Origin: Chromatiales bacterium 21-64-14
GTDB taxonomy: Bacteria; Pseudomonadota; Gammaproteobacteria; 21-64-14
Direction: 5' to 3'
Assembly: GCA_002255365.1 (NCBI GenBank)
Contig: NCBI01000013.1
Location: 955-64,954, forward strand
Length of the DNA: 64,000 bases
The position numbers and the translations under genes are program-made. Shown one piece after another: positions 20,902 through 30,506 of this stretch. Every line of letters starts with the position of its first letter. Positions within the stretch are counted from its first letter, which is position 1. The notes beneath the pieces are model-generated. The model did no database searches. It worked only from the letters and a program-made list of their open reading frames with translations, and was not told the DNA's origin.

Positions 20902-22437
20902 TCACGCGCCAGTCGTCAAAACCGTGAAAACCACGCCGCCGATGAATACGCTCATCAACAGTAGCGCGGTCAGAACCAGCATCGTGGCATCAATGCGCCG
21001 GCGCATCAGCATGTCACCGGTAAATACTGTTCCCACGGTACCCAACACGGGGAAACCGGCCACGCGCCGGAGGACGCGCCGATCATTGAAGGTCGGCTTG
21101 ATCTGTGAGAGAAAGAACGCGAAACCGATCCCAGCGCCCAAGCCCCCGGCGAATATCGCCGCCATGATCAATAGGCGCTTTGGCGCCACGGGCTTCGGTG
21201 CAACGAAGGGTGGATCGATGATTTTGAACTTGATGTCATCTGAACTCTGGTCGGCCTGCTGCGACAACGTGGCCTGCTCCCGCCGCCTGAGCAGGTCATT
21301 GAACTGGGTTCGGGTTACGCTGTAGTCGCGATTGAGGCTCGCCAACTCCGCCTCCACGGCCGGGATCGTATTGACCATCTTCCTCAGATAGTCGACCCGT
21401 TTCTGATATTCCTGCACCTTCACCCGGAGACCAGCGGCTTTGGCCTGCGTCTCGCTCAGTGATATCTTCAACTGCTGGTAAACCGGGTTATCGCTCACCC
21501 CCCCGACAGCACCCGAAGCGGCGAGTTTGGCCAACTCCCTCCTACGCTGAGCCTTGAGTTCCTTGATCTGTTCCCTCACCGCGATCACATCGGGGTGGCG
21601 GTTGGTATACTGCAGCAGAAGGTCATCTAAACGGCTTTGCAACGCGTTGATCCGGGTGTCCAACGGTCCCCCGTTGTCTCCCGCCTCCGACATGATGCCG
21701 AAAGTTGGTTCATCACCACCCAGCTCTTTGCTCAGCGTATCCCCGGTCTGTTGAGCCTCGGCGAGTTGGAGTTTCGCCCCGTCCAACTCGGTGATGGCAT
21801 CCTGCAGTCGATTGTAATAATCCTTACCCTGCTGCGGCATCATGCCCACGTTCTTCTGTTTAAAATCTCTCAGCCGGTCCTCATCGGCGTTGAGTTTCGC
21901 CTCGTATGACTTGATCTGCTGATCCAGAAACTGCTGCGCGGTGTTGGAATCCTGACGGCCGGCATGCAGGGTGTTCTCAACGAAGCTGTTGAGCAGCGTC
22001 TGCACCACCCGTTTGGCCGCCCTGGGGTCCGGATCGACGTAGGATATCGTGTAAAAGTTGTCGCGCTCCGTACCGCGTATCTGGATCCGCTGGTCCAGTT
22101 TGAGCAGAAGCTTCTCCATCGCGTCCGGCGTTGTCGCCCGCAAGTCGAGATCAGTCGACCGCGCGACCTTTTCCAGGTTAGGCCTGCTCAGCAGGATCTT
22201 GGTAACGAGTTGCACCTTGCCCTGGACATTGGACTGCACCACCATGCCCGCGAGCAAAGGACGCAGTATGGTGTCCGTATCCACGTAGACCTGAGCGGTG
22301 GCGCGGTAGATATTCGGCTGGAAATGGAGCCACGTCCATCCGGAGATACAAACCAGCCATGCGACGGCAGCACCGTACCAGCGGTAACGCCACGCTCCGT
22401 AGGCGTAGTTCAACAATTGCGAAATGATTTCATTCAT
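20902..22437 (-). CDS. Polysaccharide chain-length determinant (Wzz/GumC-like, PEP-CTERM locus subfamily)
   Basis: N- and C-terminal TM helices flank a long coiled-coil periplasmic region. Length 511 aa. Confidence 0.8.
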   Translation of the reverse strand: MNEIISQLLNYAYGAWRYRWYGAAVAWLVCISGWTWLHFQPNIYRATAQVYVDTDTILRPLLAGMVVQSNVQGKVQLVTKILLSRPNLEKVARSTDLDLRATTPDAMEKLLLKLDQRIQIRGTERDNFYTISYVDPDPRAAKRVVQTLLNSFVENTLHAGRQDSNTAQQFLDQQIKSYEAKLNADEDRLRDFKQKNVGMMPQQGKDYYNRLQDAITELDGAKLQLAEAQQTGDTLSKELGGDEPTFGIMSEAGDNGGPLDTRINALQSRLDDLLLQYTNRHPDVIAVREQIKELKAQRRRELAKLAASGAVGGVSDNPVYQQLKISLSETQAKAAGLRVKVQEYQKRVDYLRKMVNTIPAVEAELASLNRDYSVTRTQFNDLLRRREQATLSQQADQSSDDIKFKIIDPPFVAPKPVAPKRLLIMAAIFAGGLGAGIGFAFFLSQIKPTFNDRRVLRRVAGFPVLGTVGTVFTGDMLMRRRIDATMLVLTALLLMSVFIGGVVFTVLTTGA

Positions 22438-22480
22438 GACGGGGTCCTTGCCGTATCAGCGGAGCTGACACCATACCGGA

Positions 22481-23110
22481 TCAAAACCAGGACTCAGGGA
22501 TAATCAGTACGTCGCCAGGCCTCATCGGTATGTTCGCCTTGATGTCGCCGTCATTCAGCAGGCTACCCAGCTGCACGTGGATCTTCTCCTCTTTGCCGTT
22601 GACATGCCGCACGACGACCGATCGGTTGCCCGCCGCGTATTGCGTCAAGCCACCGACCGCGATCATGACATCGAGCAAGGTCATGCCTTGGCGATAGGGC
22701 AGCGCTTGGGGCTTCGCAGCTTGGCCAACCACGCGGATCTGATTGCCGTAGGTACCCACATAACCGGTAACGATCACCGTCACCATGGGGTTCCTGATGT
22801 ATTGCGCAAGCCGAGTCTCAATCTCATGCGCCAACTGGGTCGGCGTCTTCTCGCTTGCAACCAGATCCTGAACCAGGGGGATCGAGATGCGTCCGTCGGG
22901 ACGTACCGGCACCGTGACGGACACCTCCGGATTGTGCCAGACGAAGATCTCCAGAGTATCTCCGGGACCGATGACATATTCGGGGGTCGGACCGACAAGC
23001 GTTTTAGTGCTCGGACCGGTAGTCGCACACCCAGCCAACACCACAACGAATGCGCAGAGTATCACCGAAATGAAATTTCGCACTGGGCTATTCACGTTCT
23101 CTCCCCTCAA
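22481..23110 (-). CDS. Wza-like polysaccharide export lipoprotein
   Basis: Lipobox VLAGC. Poly_export motifs (GPGDTLEIFVW..., NGDVLIIPE). Confidence 0.8.
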   Translation of the reverse strand: MRGENVNSPVRNFISVILCAFVVVLAGCATTGPSTKTLVGPTPEYVIGPGDTLEIFVWHNPEVSVTVPVRPDGRISIPLVQDLVASEKTPTQLAHEIETRLAQYIRNPMVTVIVTGYVGTYGNQIRVVGQAAKPQALPYRQGMTLLDVMIAVGGLTQYAAGNRSVVVRHVNGKEEKIHVQLGSLLNDGDIKANIPMRPGDVLIIPESWF

Positions 23111-23720
23111 TTACGGACTTGTTGTCTGTCACTTCGCATCCCGCCGCACCGAGGGATGGCCTAATCGCGCCCACCCGGCGTTCCCTGACGCCAGTGCGCC
23201 GTGGACACATCTCTAAAGGACCCGGGCGAGCGGTGTTGGACACGTACGCGGCGCCCAGGGATCCGGGCAACACAACGTCGGCGTCCAAGGCCGTTGTGGG
23301 CTACATATCGGCCACCGCCCGCAAATCATTGAATCCCCCCGGGGAGACCCCCCCACCCAGCCCAACCACCCATGGCTGGGGTAATTTCGTGGCATCTGGC
23401 GCGCGCCGCCACCCGCTCCGGACCGCGATTTTACATTCCATGTTGACTGTAGCACCTACGTATGACAAGACATTTTTCGCCGCACCCCGAAATGCCGTAT
23501 CAATACCTGGAATCCATCCGGGCGAAAACCAACCCGGGTCCTGAGCCCCCGACAAAGTCCACAAGGGAGGATCGCCACCCCCATCAGGGCTGTCCAATTT
23601 TTTTACGGCTACATCTACAAGGGCGTGGCCATACCTGGCGCATAACTTATTGTTGAATGGTAAATTAACCGCCAAAACGGTGGGATTCCACCGGCAAACC
23701 ACTGTCAGAATTATTTACAA

Positions 23721-23738
23721 TTGGCCACGCTTGGCCAA
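23721..23738 (+). promoter_or_regulatory. Palindromic TTGGCCA-N3-TTGGCCAA element, a candidate enhancer-binding-protein site
   Basis: Seen directly. Centred ~65-75 bp upstream of the -24 element. Followed by an AT-rich tract (possible IHF bend). Confidence 0.3.
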
Positions 23739-23794
23739 ACCGCCACCCCCACTCCGTGCTCCTAATATACTGTATTAACTGATTATATATATGT

Positions 23795-23809
23795 TGGCAC
23801 GCTCCTTGC
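23795..23809 (+). promoter_or_regulatory. Sigma-54 (RpoN) promoter, TGGCAC-N5-TTGC
   Basis: Exact match to the -24/-12 consensus (TGGCACgctccTTGC), 130 bp upstream of the PEP-CTERM gene ATG. Confidence 0.6.
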
Positions 23810-23939
23810 CATTAATTTGACAGCGACGTTCCCCAAGGTAGCCAGAGTAGGGAATGATACGAACGTTCAGGGCCCGCAGTCAGCAAAAAAGCGGCCGACG
23901 TCATCATCAATCGGCATAGATAGACGGGAGTACACCGCC

Positions 23940-24833
23940 ATGAAGCAACGTCAGGTCAGTTCCGGGTCCTCCGCCAGCGCATGGCGGCGCGGGATCCTGC
24001 AAGTGGTATCGGGAGCGGTACTGGCGGCGATGATGCCGTTGGCCCACGCCACCTTATACAATCTTGCCGACAGCAACAGCACCCTCTCAGTGGATCCCAC
24101 TAGCGATATGGGCATCAACTCCTGGACCGTAGACGGGGTCAATCAGCTCTATCAGCAGGGGTACTGGTACCGGATCGGCGCCACCGGCGGGGAGCAGAAT
24201 TTAAGCGTGCTTACCCTGCTCGGCGCGAAGGCCACCGACACTAACTTCAATCCGGGTAATAACCACTTGTCGTTGCTGTATGGCGATGGCACCACCCAGG
24301 GCAACTCCACCTTCACGGTCGCGCTGGGCCTCAGCCTTGCGGGCGGGGCGCCGGGCAGCAAGACCTCGGATCTTGCCACCCAGCTGACATTCACCAACCT
24401 GACCAATACGGGGAAGGACGTTCATCTCTTCCAATACAGCGACTTCGATCTGTCGGGCAACGGGACCCAGGATCAAGCCGTCACCACCAACGCCAACACC
24501 ATCGTGCAGAGCGACGGTGGCATGATCGAGACGGACGGCGTCGTACCTGCCCCCTCCCATTGGCAGATTGGACCCTATTCGGGCATTCTCGATAGCCTGT
24601 CCGACGGCAACCCCACCACCCTTAGCGACAGCGGCGGCGGTACCGTCGGGGACACAACCTATGCCCGGCAATGGGACTTCACGCTCCAACCCGCAGGCGG
24701 TGCGAACTCCAGTTTCGTCCTCAGCGGAGATCAGCGCATCACGGTGCCGGATCCGGGCACCCTGGTACTGCTGGCCGCGGGGGTGCTGGGCTTGGCGGGG
24801 GCAACCCGCGGCAAGCGGTCCCGGAGCGAGTGA
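23940..24833 (+). CDS. PEP-CTERM sorting-domain protein (297 aa), the exosortase substrate
   Basis: Signal peptide. N/T/S/G-rich body. C-terminal VPDPGTLVLLAAGVLGLAGATRGKRSRSE (PEP-CTERM variant, TM helix plus Arg/Lys tail). ATG at 23940 with GGGAG RBS. Confidence 0.85.
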   Translation: MKQRQVSSGSSASAWRRGILQVVSGAVLAAMMPLAHATLYNLADSNSTLSVDPTSDMGINSWTVDGVNQLYQQGYWYRIGATGGEQNLSVLTLLGAKATDTNFNPGNNHLSLLYGDGTTQGNSTFTVALGLSLAGGAPGSKTSDLATQLTFTNLTNTGKDVHLFQYSDFDLSGNGTQDQAVTTNANTIVQSDGGMIETDGVVPAPSHWQIGPYSGILDSLSDGNPTTLSDSGGGTVGDTTYARQWDFTLQPAGGANSSFVLSGDQRITVPDPGTLVLLAAGVLGLAGATRGKRSRSE

Positions 24834-24966
24834 GGAAAAGGCCAGAGGCTTCAGGGAGTGTGTTAATCGTTCGCTGAAAGAAAAACAACCAAGATCGCCG
24901 GCAGACCGAGTCCGATGCAACCGACTCGGGCGGTACAATAAGGTCGACGCACGGCATCACTGACAG

Positions 24967-24994
24967 AGGCCTCCCTTGCGGAGGCCTTTTTTTT
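24967..24994 (+). terminator. Rho-independent terminator
   Basis: 8-bp GC-rich stem AGGCCTCC/GGAGGCCT, 5-nt loop, then T9. Confidence 0.6.
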
Positions 24995-25180
24995 CGGGAA
25001 CCCAGCAGGGTCACAACGCGCCCGGGGACGGGATCGCGCCCTGCGCTGGACCGTCCTTCGACGCAACGCCCGCGGACGCGGCTTAGGATTTCCGGTTGGG
25101 CCAACGGGAAATTTCGGACACACCGCGGCGATGACGCGTAGCCCACCCGCCCTTCGTTACGCAACGCGACAGCACTGCGA

Positions 25181-27964
25181 TCAGGAGCCGGCCGCCGTAA
25201 GCTTTTTCAGCAGGGCTACCGCATCCGAACGGGAGGGAAACGCCGCCTTGGACCGGATGATCGTCTCCAGGTCCGCCCGCGCCGCCGCCGCATTACCGGT
25301 CTTGTCCAAGGCCACCGCGCGATGGTAGCGGATCTCCTGGTTGCCGGGGTCCTGTAGCACGGCCTTCTGGAGCAGGGTCAAACCGCTTTTCGCCTGTCCC
25401 TGCCGGACCAGGATCCACCCCAGGGTGTCTATGGTTTCCACTTGGTCCGGCGCCAAACGATAGGCCTCGCGACCATAGTGGAGCGCCTTCGGGTCCCCCT
25501 GCTCGCCGTACAGCCACGCGAGATTGTTGAGCGCCACCACGTTGTCGGGGTCTTCCCCGATGATTTTCTGGTACTGCCCGACGGCGGACCCGGTCTTGCC
25601 GTCATCCATCAGGGCATTCGCCAGCACCATCCGGGTCGCCACGTCCTTCGGACTCGCCTTCACCCAACCCTGGATCGTTTCCAGAATCGTCGCGCCGCGC
25701 ACGCGTCCCATGCGGGCCGCCGCATACCACTTGGCGGCGATCTCCCCGTTGGGAGCCTTCCCGTACGCCGTCCGGTAGGCACGCAATGCCGCCGGGTAGT
25801 CGTGCGCATTCACATGCAGATCCCCCTCCACCTCGAATCCCAACGGGGACTTTGGTTGCTGGGTCTCGGCCTGCTTCGCGAGGGCCATCGCCTGATCGGC
25901 ATGCCCCGCTTGCACCTTCAGTGTCGCAAGGGCGCCAAGCGCGGGACCGAAGTCCGGACGCAACTTCAAGGCCGTGGCCAGTGATGCCATGGCCTCATTG
26001 GGGCTGCCGACCGCAGACTGGAGTTGGCCCAGCCGATACCAGACAGCCGCCGCCTTGGGAGCGATCTCGACCAGATGGGTCAAGGCCCGCACCGCCGAGT
26101 CCTTGTCACCCCCCGCCACATAGGCGTCTGCCGCCAAGCTGAGGGCCAGAGGGTTGTTGGGAAACGCCGCCACCATTTCCCGCGCCCCATCCATCGCCGC
26201 CGGATAGGCCTTGTCCGCCAAGCGCATCTGCACCAGGAGGAGCCGCGGGAACAGGGCGTTGGGATGCGCCGCCCGGGCCTTGTCCAACCACTCCTTGGCC
26301 CCCTTCTGATCCTTCGCCGCGTAACGCAGCCGCGACAGGGAAACCATGGCGTCCAGGTTCGTCGGGTCGATGGTCAGGACCTTTTTGAACTCCGTCTGCG
26401 CCTGCTGTGCCTCGCCGGCCCGGGCCGCCAGCCTGGCCAAGTTGAGCTGGCCGAGGAGATAGCGGGGATCCAGAGTCACCGCGCGTGCGAACTGCTCCTT
26501 GGCCTTGGCCGGATCTCCCCGGATAAAATACACCGAACCGAGCAGATTCAATGCGGCCGGATTCTTGGGGTCCTTCTCCACGACCCGCTGCGCCGCCTTC
26601 AATGCCTCATCCAGTTTGTGTTCCCGGATATAGGCCTGGACCAGCAAGGTCGCCGGCTGCGTCGGATCGGCGCCCACATCGACCGTGGTTTCGAGTTCCT
26701 TGATCGCCTGCGCCGTATCGCCGGACGCCAGATACCCGAGCGCGAGTTGGGTACGCAGACGGCTGTCGGCCGGCACCTCCTTCACCGCCCGCTGAAAATA
26801 CTGGGTCGCCTGTGCGTACAGGCCGGAGTCGTAGGCAGCCTCGCCAAGCAAGGCGAGTAGTTGCGGGTCTTTGGGAGCCGCCGCGACCATGGGCTGAAGC
26901 AGCTCATATGCAGCCTTGGGCTGCTTGCTCTTGAGGCGTGTCGCGGCCAGCAGTTTCCGCGCCGTGGCGCTATTCGGGTAGGTTACCAAGTAGCGATTGA
27001 GATACATGGTCGCCTGCTCGTAGTTCCCCAGGGCGAAGTTGGTCGCGCCCAGCAACAGTACGGTCGGCATGTTACTGGGTACACTGCCCAGGATATCCAG
27101 CAATCGATCATTGGCCTTTCCGAACTCGTGCTTGTTGTAATATGCCAGGGCGGTCAGGTAGTTGCCGAGCAGATTCCCAGGCTCCACCTTGAGGACGCGG
27201 CCGGTATAACTCAACACGTCGTCGGGCTTGCCGTCCACAGTAGCCACCTGCGCCATCCCCAGGATCGCGGGCACGTAGCGAGGATCCGCCTTCAGTACCT
27301 GCTCGAAGGCACTGCGCGACGCGGTGGGGTCCTTGACGTTCAGGTAGTACTCCCCCTCCAGGACCCGGGCGGGCTTATTTCCGGGAGCCACCTCCAGCGC
27401 CTTTTGAATGTACCGGTTCGCCTGCGGGTAGTCCGGCCGGGCGAGCGCCACCCGCCCCCGACCGGCCCAGGCATCGACACGCTTGGGATCCAGGGCCAGC
27501 GCCGCGCGGTATTCCTGATCCGCCGCGTCAAGATCCCCCAAGCCCAGGTCGGCCTCGGCACGCAGCTGGTGCGCGAGTGCCCGTTGATCAGGGGGAAGAT
27601 CCGCCGGCTTATCAAGCAGCAGGAGGGTCTTCTTGAATTCGTGCTGCTGTAACAAGGCCCGGGCCATACGCACCGATACCCGGCCCTGAGGTTCCCCAAG
27701 CTTGACGAGTCGGGCTAACTCCTTCTCTGCAAGGGGCCCGGCGCCGTCCTTGAGATAGACATCCGCCAGGAGCGAACGAGCCAGCTTGTTGTCCGGTTCA
27801 ATCTGGAGCGCGTTCTTGAGCTCGATCACTACCGCGCGGTCGTTTCCCTTCGCCATGTACTGCTGCGCGCGTGCGATGTGCTCCTTGGCATCCAGCTTCG
27901 GATTCCCGGTGCAAGCGCCAAGCACCGCGAACACCACGGCCATCGCCACCACGCGCGCGCGCAT
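25181..27964 (-). CDS. prsT: PEP-CTERM-system TPR-repeat lipoprotein (PrsT-like)
   Basis: ~930-aa protein built of many TPR repeats. Lipoprotein signal MRARVVAMAVVFAVLGAC with AGAGGA RBS. Alternative ATG at 27997. Confidence 0.8.
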   Translation of the reverse strand: MRARVVAMAVVFAVLGACTGNPKLDAKEHIARAQQYMAKGNDRAVVIELKNALQIEPDNKLARSLLADVYLKDGAGPLAEKELARLVKLGEPQGRVSVRMARALLQQHEFKKTLLLLDKPADLPPDQRALAHQLRAEADLGLGDLDAADQEYRAALALDPKRVDAWAGRGRVALARPDYPQANRYIQKALEVAPGNKPARVLEGEYYLNVKDPTASRSAFEQVLKADPRYVPAILGMAQVATVDGKPDDVLSYTGRVLKVEPGNLLGNYLTALAYYNKHEFGKANDRLLDILGSVPSNMPTVLLLGATNFALGNYEQATMYLNRYLVTYPNSATARKLLAATRLKSKQPKAAYELLQPMVAAAPKDPQLLALLGEAAYDSGLYAQATQYFQRAVKEVPADSRLRTQLALGYLASGDTAQAIKELETTVDVGADPTQPATLLVQAYIREHKLDEALKAAQRVVEKDPKNPAALNLLGSVYFIRGDPAKAKEQFARAVTLDPRYLLGQLNLARLAARAGEAQQAQTEFKKVLTIDPTNLDAMVSLSRLRYAAKDQKGAKEWLDKARAAHPNALFPRLLLVQMRLADKAYPAAMDGAREMVAAFPNNPLALSLAADAYVAGGDKDSAVRALTHLVEIAPKAAAVWYRLGQLQSAVGSPNEAMASLATALKLRPDFGPALGALATLKVQAGHADQAMALAKQAETQQPKSPLGFEVEGDLHVNAHDYPAALRAYRTAYGKAPNGEIAAKWYAAARMGRVRGATILETIQGWVKASPKDVATRMVLANALMDDGKTGSAVGQYQKIIGEDPDNVVALNNLAWLYGEQGDPKALHYGREAYRLAPDQVETIDTLGWILVRQGQAKSGLTLLQKAVLQDPGNQEIRYHRAVALDKTGNAAAARADLETIIRSKAAFPSRSDAVALLKKLTAAGS

Positions 27965-28662
27965 CAGTACCGGTCCTCTACCCTGAAAGATTCTCATCGT
28001 TCGCCCTACCCCCCGGGATTGTTCGTGGCCGATATGTCGGCACCTAGCGTCTACTCCGCACCCAAAGTGCCCGCATGCCCCCGCCACACGGCCACTGGGC
28101 CCTACATCACGGCGTCTGCCGGGCCGGAATGCAACGGCGCTGCCCGCGCCCGGATGAACCGGTGCCGGGACTGACCTGGAGGCGACGCGTAGATCGGGGC
28201 CATTACCAGCGGGTACACCCACCACATCGACGCCACACCGCCCCAGTATGCAGTGATTCCCGCTGCGCAGGCAGTAGCGGTGCGCCCGCTACCCGTACAT
28301 TACCGATGTCCCCGCGTAACGCCCGATTCTAGCAGATCACGAACAACCCACCTACGCGGCACCATAGCGCCACATCGCCGCGTGCGCCATGCGGGCGCCT
28401 GGGTGTCGTGGACGCCGTGCCACGGTCGCCCTGCGCCACCACTCAAGCGTCAGCCGACGCCCTACCGACTCGGGCACACCGCCCGCGGTAACCAAGCGGC
28501 GCGATTCAATTGCCGGGCCGGCTGGCCGCTAGCAAAACCGGTAATGCCATCTCCGGAACGCCGGGCTCTACGGATCACCGTCCTGGACCCCTTGGGCGAT
28601 TTTCCGCAGAATGAGGACCCAGGGGCCAGACACCCCGACCTTCACACCACCGGGACGACCCA

Positions 28663-30378
28663 ATGTATGAATCCTATTACGGCCTGACCGCAGCTCCGTT
28701 CCGGCTCAGCCCGGACCCGCACTTCTTCTTCCCCAGCGGGATCCACAAGAAGGCACTGGCCTATCTCCAATATGGACTGAATCAAGGAGAAGGCTTCGTT
28801 GTCATCTCTGGGGAAGCGGGCACTGGGAAGAGTATGTTGGCCCAAACCCTGATCTCCCAGTTGGACACACGGCGTCTGGTTGTCGGCCAATTGGTCACCA
28901 CGCAGCTGGAGGCCTCGGACCTCCTGCGTATGGTCGCCGCTACCTTCAAGCTGCCCTCCGAAGGGCTCGCGAAGGCCACCCTGCTCAATGACCTGGGCGG
29001 CTTCCTGGTGGCGCGGGCCCATGAGGGTCGGCGGGTCCTGCTGGTGGTGGACGAGGCCCAGAACCTGCCTGCCGTTACCTTGGAAGAGCTTCGCATGCTC
29101 TCCAACTTCCAGGTGCGGAACAAGGCGCTGCTCCAGACCTTCCTGCTGGGCCAGGAACGGTTTCTCGAGATCCTCGCATCCCCCGGGATGGAACAGTTCT
29201 CTCAACGGGTGATCGCCACCTGCAAACTGCGCCCACTGGCGGCGGACGAGATCCGCAACTATATCGAACACCGCCTGGCGCAAGTCGGCTGGAAGGGCGA
29301 TCCGCAGTTCACGGACACCGCGTGCCGGTTGATTCATCACGCCGCAGGGGGCCTTCCCCGCAAGATCAACACCCTGTGCGACCGCACCCTGCTGTACGCA
29401 TCGATCGAGGAACAGCACCTCATCAATCGGGACGTGGTGCAAGCGGTGCTGGACGAACTGCAGGACGAAATGTTTCACATCAAGGGCAATATCGACCTGA
29501 GCGATGTACCCCCGGAACCCGATCCGCCCACATCCGGCACGCCGCCAGCCGCGAGCTCGACGGGCACGCCCGACGCCGCCCCCGGTGGCGATTCCGGCGG
29601 GCCTCCGCCGGACCCTGGTAAACAGGCATCCGCCGCGGGGCCTGAATCCGAAGTGGCAGCGCGGACAGCGCCAGCAACACCCGCGGACAACCCGGCGGCG
29701 GCGCACTTCACGCCCGCGCCGGTTGTGGCTCCCGATCCCGTTCCCACGGCGCCGGAACCCGTGCCAGCGTCCCCCGAGATACGCCACGTGACGACGCCCG
29801 CTAACGTTGCGGCCAAGAGAGACGGTGCAGGCACAGCGGGCGTTGTATCCCCGCCATCCCCGCCCCGGCGCACGCGCAAGCACCCGGTAGCGGGACCGCC
29901 GGGAGGAACCAAGGACGGGCGCGCCAACGGACCCGTCACCATGCCCCTGGACCGGGAAGAGATCGAGGTTCATCTCCGGCTCACGAAACACGCGCCCAAG
30001 GGGAAAGAATCCACTGCGGCACCGGCGGTCCGGCGGGCCACGGCGACGCGTGGGCCCCGCCACCGCCGGATCAGCGGTCTCCTGGTCACCATGATGGCCC
30101 TCGGCGCCAGCCTGATCACCGCGGACCATTACGTCTCCCGAACCCAGCCAACCAGCGACCCGGGGCACACCGACCGACACGCCCCACCACCCCGGGAACA
30201 TCCAGCCGCGGCGCCCGTACCCCGGGCTGGGCGCTCCAAAAGCACTGGTAATTCCTGGGCCGGCGCCGCGGCGGCTTCCCACCATCGGCTCAACACCACG
30301 CCGAGCCGGGTGCCGGACGCGGCCCTCGCCGTCGGCAGCCCGCCAGCCAGCCACAGCACCACTCGACCCCTCCAGTAG
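28663..30378 (+). CDS. PEP-CTERM-locus AAA ATPase (ExeA/GspA-like) with a long Pro/Ala-rich C-terminal extension and one TM helix
   Basis: N-terminal MYESYYGLTAAPF. Walker A GEAGTGKS. Walker B LLVVDEAQ. Residues ~270-571 are low-complexity, with a TM segment ISGLLVTMMALGASLITA. Confidence 0.7.
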   Translation: MYESYYGLTAAPFRLSPDPHFFFPSGIHKKALAYLQYGLNQGEGFVVISGEAGTGKSMLAQTLISQLDTRRLVVGQLVTTQLEASDLLRMVAATFKLPSEGLAKATLLNDLGGFLVARAHEGRRVLLVVDEAQNLPAVTLEELRMLSNFQVRNKALLQTFLLGQERFLEILASPGMEQFSQRVIATCKLRPLAADEIRNYIEHRLAQVGWKGDPQFTDTACRLIHHAAGGLPRKINTLCDRTLLYASIEEQHLINRDVVQAVLDELQDEMFHIKGNIDLSDVPPEPDPPTSGTPPAASSTGTPDAAPGGDSGGPPPDPGKQASAAGPESEVAARTAPATPADNPAAAHFTPAPVVAPDPVPTAPEPVPASPEIRHVTTPANVAAKRDGAGTAGVVSPPSPPRRTRKHPVAGPPGGTKDGRANGPVTMPLDREEIEVHLRLTKHAPKGKESTAAPAVRRATATRGPRHRRISGLLVTMMALGASLITADHYVSRTQPTSDPGHTDRHAPPPREHPAAAPVPRAGRSKSTGNSWAGAAAASHHRLNTTPSRVPDAALAVGSPPASHSTTRPLQ

Positions 30379-30506
30379 CGCGCGGACCCACGCGGCAACG
30401 GAAACACCGGCGCGATACACGAGCTAGGGCGGATGGCGCTTACTTGAGCGCCGGGCGTTGCAGCCGGGCCACGCCGTCGCGTTGCGCCACGAAACCGACG
30501 GAAACC

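Noticed and set aside
28642-30420. 592-aa minus-strand ORF antisense to the PEP-CTERM-locus ATPase
   Set aside because: No recognisable motifs and Arg/Gly/Pro-rich composition typical of antisense frames in high-GC DNA. The sense ORF has clear AAA motifs.
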